The translations under genes were made by a program, and so were the position numbers. Of a stretch of 64,000 nucleotides of DNA, positions 56,721-64,000 are shown in pieces. How positions within the stretch are numbered: position 1 is the first letter of the stretch; the number at the start of each line of letters is the position of its first letter. The stretch comes from the human T2T-CHM13v2.0 reference genome, Homo sapiens: NCBI RefSeq assembly GCF_009914755.1, contig NC_060937.1; one strand, written 5' to 3'. The notes beneath the pieces are model-generated. The model was not told the DNA's origin. It made no database searches and was given only the letters and a program-made list of their open reading frames with translations.

Positions 56721-58129
56721 CATAAAGAGAAGGGGCTGGACCACAGGAAATTGTGTTCTTTCTCACTACTACTTCCTCACAACTCTCCAGATAAGAACTC
56801 ACGGCTCATGGCTCATTTTGTGTTTTCAATAGTGTTTGTGCTTTTGTTTGGAAATGATGGCAACACAGAGCCAATAGTAGTCATTGTTATGCTAAAATAG
56901 TGTACGTGAAGCATTTAGCACAGGCCTGGCTCATAGTAAGTGTATAACCAATGACAGCTATTATTATTCAAAAACTGATCATCACTAGCTTCAGTGCATG
57001 CTCAATACAGCTTGCTGAGTTTAATATTGTAAAGGTATTGGTACTTTTTTCCAGAACATTCTATTGAAAAATTTTTTTATTCTATGACTTTAATATGATT
57101 AAAAAGGTAGACAAGATAGTGTGTCCAGCTGATACAGCACTAGAGGACTGGTTACAGACCAGGAAATAATTCACTGTGTTACCCTTCACTGAGCACTCAC
57201 CATGTGTCAGACACTTTGCTCTGTGCCAGCGATAGATGAGTGTGACACACAGCTTGCCCTCGAGAGTTTCTCAATCTAAGAGGAAAAATAAAAATGCAAT
57301 TAAATCTATACAATACAAAACATAATTAAATCTATACAAATGACATGTACCAGAATGCAATCCAGAAAAAAGTGTGATGGACTATGTCTTATGGTAGGGG
57401 GTAAGAGGAGAAAGGGTAAAGAATGGTTATACAAAGAAAGTGAAACTTGAGAAGGATTTTGAAATATAACCAAGGGGATAAGGATGGACAGGGCAGTTTG
57501 GCCAGGGGGACAACATATGTCATCAATTTATTTGAGAGCCACTTAAGCCGATGTTCTCATTGGCTAATAATAATGTCAGTACTTTATTGCCAAAATAGAA
57601 TTTGATGTCCATTTGGCAATACAGATTGGAACACCAATGCAAATAGTTAAGCATTTACTGAAATATTTTCAATAGAATATTCATTGTATTAAATATTAGG
57701 AGACACTATAGGAAATAAATTCTCTGATCAAAAACACTTGGTAAATACTAGACTTAATAAAATTAAATAGCCCTCTGAAATACAGTATCAGAGTCCGTAA
57801 TATGCTAATAGACTGCATGAATCACTAAGGGGAAGAGAGAATATATAGTGTTTTCAAATATATTGGATCATAGAGTTCTTTTTTCTACTGATCTTCCAGG
57901 GATAATGTTCTGAAGAACAGACTTAAAAGACAATACAGCCAAGCAAGCTGCATGTTTAATTTTACTTCAAACCACTTTGAGCCTCAATATGATTATCTGG
58001 AAAATAGATCTGGCAGTACCTTTTTTTGGCTTTTCTCAGATGGCTTGTCATAGCCATCATTTGTTCCATGAATTAATAGAAATGTCAAAGAAATGCCAGG
58101 AAGGTGGCACCTCCTCCTAGATGGGCAGC

Positions 58130-58853
<724 letters not shown>

Positions 58854-59311
58854 ACTCTGGTTCTCAGGTTGACAGAACACTCCAAAGTCAAGATCTCCAA
58901 TTACTCAAAGCTGATCAATGATAAGCCAACATGTAAGAGAAGGGCTGTAAAGTAAAAACAAAGCTATATCCATTTTATTAAACCAATATTGAGCTCCATT
59001 TTGTATACACTCTACGCTAGAAGCACAGATAGGTAAGTAGGACAGATACAGTTCTTGACCTCACAAAGTTAGTCTAGTGTGATTCTAGTCAATTACCCCT
59101 GGAAAATGTTCATGGAAAAACTGAATAGTGATGTGAAATCAGAGCCAAGGTGGTAGTTGGCAAATGCTGAAGGACTGTTACATCATCTCCACTAGAATCA
59201 CCATTTAGGTGGACCATGGCTCCAGGATCCTCTCTATTGAGGATAGAGAGGAGTTAATCTATTTCTTTAGCAAGCCTACCTTTCAGACTTAAATGTATTT
59301 TCTAATAACCT

Positions 59312-59687
59312 TGTTTTGTAGACTGAATGTTTGTTTGCCCTCACAATTCATATGTTGAAGCCTAAATCCCCAATGCAATGGTATTTGGAGGTGGGGCCTT
59401 TGGGGAGTAGTTAAGTCATGAGGGTGGAGCTCTTATGAATGGGATTAATGCCCTTTAAGGGGATGAGGAGACCAAAGCTCTCTCTCTTCCTCTGCCATAT
59501 AAGGATACAATAAGAAGGTGGCAGAATGGAAAAGGCCCCTTACCTAGTCATGGCTTAACCATGCTGGGACTCTGAACTTGGACTTCCAGCCTTCAGAGCA
59601 GTGAGAAATAAATTTTTGTTCTTTATAAGCTGCCTGTTGTTTATAGCCATTTTATGGTATTTTGTTACAGCAGCCGAAACTAAGGCA
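59312..59687 (+). mobile_element. MLT1A-group MaLR LTR
   Basis: GACTGAATGTTTGT...ATTCATATGTTGAAGCC...GGTATTTTGTTACAGCAGCC...CTAAGGCA. Confidence 0.88.
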
Positions 59688-59915
59688 CTTTGACAGGGCT
59701 TGGGTATTTCCCAAATCTCTCGTGTTAATATACATCTTCTAGGACAGAAAACTTCTATAGATACATATTCAACACTTTTTTGTGAATTTTTTTTGTTACT
59801 TCAAATCTTTAAAAATGGCCATTTTATATATTTGTTTCCAAATTATAAATCTGTTTTATTGTAGCCCCCTATGTACTATCTTATTTATTTGCCAAAAAGA
59901 TAATTTATCTTTGAG

Positions 59916-60118
59916 CCCTAACTTTAGAAAAAATTTGGGAAATGGACTTTAGGCATTCTTTTGTCCTTTGTCCTAGGAGAGATGCCTACCACTACATTCT
60001 TTCCACTGACCAGAGTCTACTGCAAATCATGAAAAGTTCTTCATTCTTTCATGCCTTCAAAAATTATTTAATCAGCACTTACTATATGCCAGACACTGTT
60101 CTAGGAACTGGGGATGTC
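59916..60118 (+). repeat. Copy 2 (probable derived copy) of the 203-bp duplication
   Basis: 96% identical to 55870-56072; L2 similarity stops abruptly at 60118. Confidence 0.97.
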
Positions 60119-60221
60119 TTTTTGCCTGGAAATTTATTTCCCAGTTTCTTTGCTCTGCTGGTTCTTTTTCAAATATTACCTCTACCGATAGACCTTCCTA
60201 CGGTATTAAGAACTAAGTGAT

Positions 60222-60829
60222 TCTATAGAGAAGACATGGAATTAACCTAGGTGCTTATCTGTGGTATATTAGATAAAGAAATTGTGGTACATATACACCA
60301 TGGAATACTATGCAGCCATAGAAAAGAATAAAATCATGTTCTTTGCAACAATATAGATGCAGCTGCAGGATATTATCCTAAGCGAGCTAACCCAAAAACA
60401 GAAAACCAAATACCACATGTTCTTACTTATAAATGGGAGCTAAACATGGACACAAATACGGGAACAATAGGCACTGGGGACCCCAAAAATTGGGAGGGAG
60501 GGAAGGAGACAAGGACTGAGAAACTACCTATTGAGTAGTATTCTCTATTGAGTACTAGTAATGGCTGACGGGATCAATCATAGTCCAAACCTCAGCATCA
60601 GGCAATATACCAATGTAACAAATCTGCACCTGTGTCCCCCTGAGTCTAAAATAAAAGTCGAAATTTTTTAAAAGAGAAAACATTTTATGCTGATGGAACT
60701 GTGTTATATCCTGATTATGATTACCTCATCTTATGCAGTTACCACAATTCATCAAACTGTACATTTAAAATCAGTATGTTTTATTTTGTATGAATAATAT
60801 CTTAATCAAAAAAGAAAAAGAAAAAAAAG
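60222..60829 (+). mobile_element. 5'-truncated L1 (L1PA15-16/L1PB age) plus extra 3' segment and second A-tail within one TSD
   Basis: L1 60222-~60680; extra segment ~60681-60807; A-tail; TSD GAACTAAGTGAT at 60210-60221 and 60830-60841. Confidence 0.88.
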
Positions 60830-61109
60830 GAACTAAGTGATAAAGGCCAAATTTGGTTAGTGCTATTGAACTAACCAATCTAGAATCAATCAGACTTTTG
60901 TTTTTCTTTTTTTCTTGTTGGAATCAACTGAGCATTCAGAGTTCACCTTGGCAGTAGAACAAAAAAATGAAACCAAAGTGATTATTTTAGCAATAGCAAA
61001 TATACTTAGGCCGTGTCTTATCCTTTACACTCTCAAAGCCCACTTCTGTTTGGAACGCTTCATATACTTTGTACCTCCGCTGCATGTGTCTACTGTTAAC
61101 CTGGTAAAT

Positions 61110-61215
61110 TAGGATGGCCAACCACCATGGTTTGCAGGGGACTGAGGAGTTCCATGGGATGTGGGACTTGCTAAAACCAAGAAAGTCCTGGGAAGACTAG
61201 GAGTTGGTCATCCTA
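61110..61215. mobile_element. MER94/MER81-type hAT-Blackjack MITE
   Basis: TIRs TAGGATGGCCAAC / GTTGGTCATCCTA; internal GGGAC repeats. Confidence 0.85.
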
Positions 61216-61679
61216 CAAAGGCACAAATAAACACAGAGAATGCAAATTCTGAGGATTTGGGCTCCCAGCCCCCAGCACCCTGATTTCTTCTCTTCTTTCC
61301 AGCCTTCCTGACACATGAATGTAGTTTTCTCTGTAAAGCTTTTCCTACCTCCCCTCCACCAATCACAAGGTTAACTGTCCCTTTAAGACTCTGCAGCACT
61401 TCTTCATGCCTCCCATGACATTGTAATTATCTATTTCCTTGGTTCTCCTTCACTGGACAAGATCCTCAGTGGACCTGCCCACACCTTCTTTGTATTGGTA
61501 GCCTCAGTACAGCCCAGTTATCACACTTATTAATAACCATTTGCCTGAATACATAGATGAATAAGAAGAGAATTTTCCCAAAGTACTGTGTTTATTAAAA
61601 TCATAAAAACTGAATATTGAAAAGAATACTTTAATAATATGGTCCAGCTACCCATCGTGATTTGGGGGTCAACAAACCA

Positions 61680-61880
61680 GGAGTCCCAAGACTTTCCCTT
61701 ATTATTTGTACTTCCTGAGCACATAGCTGAGCCACCTTGAATTCATTTGTTCATATGTGAAACACAGAACACAATAATTTCTTCTCAAGCTGTTGGGTAG
61801 ATTAAATGAGATGATATTTATCAGAAGAGGGTTGTAAACTTGGGGGCACTAGACAAGTATCAGGTATCATTATTACTATT
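61680..61880 (+). mobile_element. MIR SINE
   Basis: GCTGTTGGGTAGATTAAATGAGATGAT core. Confidence 0.6.
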
Positions 61881-62089
61881 ACTAATGATATTAGCAATAT
61901 TATTATTCAGTGGAGAAAATAAAAACACTATTGTAAAGCCTTTGCGGATTCCCCTCCAAGTGACTGTCCATCTTCTGCTAGAATTTAATCTCTCTGAATG
62001 AGAAATACTTTCCATTCTCTCAATTGTTCCCCATGTAAAATAATTTTATATTTTATTACCAGCCCTGTTGCTCTTGCCTAAATAGTAGT

Positions 62090-62250
62090 TAATTTCGAGT
62101 AGTCTCAGGCTGAGAATTGAGCACAATAGTCCAGATGTGGTCTGAGCAGTATTATCTTCTCCTAGATTCTATACTCCATACATCTGCTAATTGAACCCAG
62201 ACACTCTTTAGCTCTTAGCAGCAGTTGCATCACACTACTTTGAGTCTTAA
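62090..62250 (-). mobile_element. L3/CR1 relic
   Basis: GAATTGAGCACAATAGTCCAGATGTGGTCTGA motif. Confidence 0.55.
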
Positions 62251-64000
62251 TCAAAGAAAATAGCCTCATTCTTTCTATCTTCTTTCTTTTCCTTATTTTT
62301 CTTTCGGTTACTTTGATGTGCTTGCATACCCAAGGAAGATCCCCTTGAGCTACTTTTTCCCATCTTGAGCAATTATTGAACTAATAAGTGGGAAAATGTG
62401 CAAAACAGTCTCTCAAAAACCAAAAACAAAACCCAGCAGTTATTTGCCTTCTCCCATGCCAACAATAGAGACTGAATAAACACATGTTCTTTCATTTTTC
62501 ACTTATGATAGGCAACACTAAGATTCACTTCCTCATAGGCCGGTTTTGAATGTTCAAGTTTATCGGGCTTTAGGTTCAGAACACTCACTAATGCTTTGAT
62601 GCACTAAGACACAGTTCTCACTGGAAGGGTTTTTATTAAGTGGACAGCTATGGTGTCACAGGCAAGACATTTGCACAGTGCATTAATTTAGAGAGAAAAA
62701 GGTTTCTGTGTAACTTAACCAGACTGAACAGCTATTTCCACTTTACCTGAATAAAGTATTTTCATGTTTTATCACAATAGTTTGCAACTGCAAAAGCTTC
62801 GCCCAGTTTTTAAGAGTAGCTATGAACTGTCAGGATACATTATTTGAAATGAAGCCTGACAGCTCCAGGCTTGAAAGTAAAATACATTTTATTGTTTAAA
62901 AGCATTTCTCTGCCACCTCACTTTCATCCCCCCTCCCAAACTCCGCCCATCCCACCATCCCTTATAAGCACCCCTCTCCTGGCCTGAAATGAGATTCACT
63001 GCAATCATTCTAAAATTGTTTAATCCTCATTAAATAACACTGCATGAAGGAAAATCTTAAAGGTGGGGTTTCCTTTTCTTAGTCTGAAAATGAATCATGA
63101 GAACTAATACAGAGTATTTTGTGTATGTGAGAGGAACAGATAGCACACAAGAAGTTGTACACACTGTTGTGTTGGAAGAAACAAAATCCTGTTCAGTTAG
63201 TATCCGGAGAAGGATGATTAAATGCCAAATGGCTTGCACTCTGCGCTACATATATTACCACCTTGGTGACTGGAAGTTTCTTAAACCTCTAGTCTGATGG
63301 TCCATCCGAAAAGAGACAACACAGTGAATCTTTCTCTTGACAACACTTTCTCAAGGGACCCTTGAGTCTTTAAAGCAATCTTTGTCTGTTTCCAGATTCT
63401 GTTTTTTCTGGCCTTGGACAGAATGTTGTTTGCCAGAGAAGACTTTTTCTAGAATCTCTGAAATTACCATGGATTTATACACACCCATCAGTTATGCCTT
63501 ATATATTCTGAAGACTGATATTCTAGGGAACATAGTAGAGGTGGAGTGATGTTGTCCAGTGAGCATTCTTCTCCAGAAATTCACTGCTACCTTTTTCTTA
63601 CCACAGCATCATAATGATTGAAGAGAGGCAGGATTCCATTCAAAGCATACAGTACAGAAAAGAAAGGGCTGGGAAAAAAATTAACTTACAAATGAAAATC
63701 TTTTGTTGTTAATGATATTCAATAATAGAAGCCTAATCTCCTACGTATATTATCATCTGGCAAACTAGTTACACATTTAATAAGGTTTTGCTGTATAAAT
63801 TATAAATGAAATAAACAATTCTGTCACCATGGTGTGCAATGAATACACCACATGTTATATGTAAATATATTAGTCATTTGCCTTTTGTTTATGTGTCACT
63901 GAAATCCATTTTCTTTATGGTGTATTTTCTATTCCCTATGGGTTCCAACCAAAGTCGTTTCAACCATACACATATCGGCCTTTAAAGTGGAATTATGCTG

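Overview
This is human non-coding genomic DNA (intronic or intergenic); a human-specific AluYb8 at 58436-58755 argues for Homo sapiens. It is AT-rich, CpG-depleted and dominated by interspersed repeats: 11 Alus plus two monomers, L1 fragments of several ages, L2/L3/MIR relics, MaLR and ERV1 LTRs (THE1, MLT1, MER41A, LOR1-like) and DNA-transposon MITEs. I find no credible protein-coding exon; the listed ORFs are repeat-derived or chance ORFs. The only RNA-gene-derived feature is a Y3 RNA retropseudogene (18483-18580, minus). I cannot support a new biological system. The most notable structures are: (1) an apparent L1 3' transduction inside one target-site duplication (TSD) at 60.2-60.8 kb; (2) a 203-bp, 96%-identical copy-paste duplication 4 kb apart, plus three other local duplications; (3) a MER41A 'solo' LTR with two LTR ends; (4) twin-primed inverted L1s; (5) a 77-bp alternating purine/pyrimidine tract with (CG)11; (6) a 35-bp inverted repeat; and (7) repeat-free TAAT-rich blocks that may be enhancers. 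Repeat subfamily names come from recalled consensus sequences, and boundaries of old elements are approximate.
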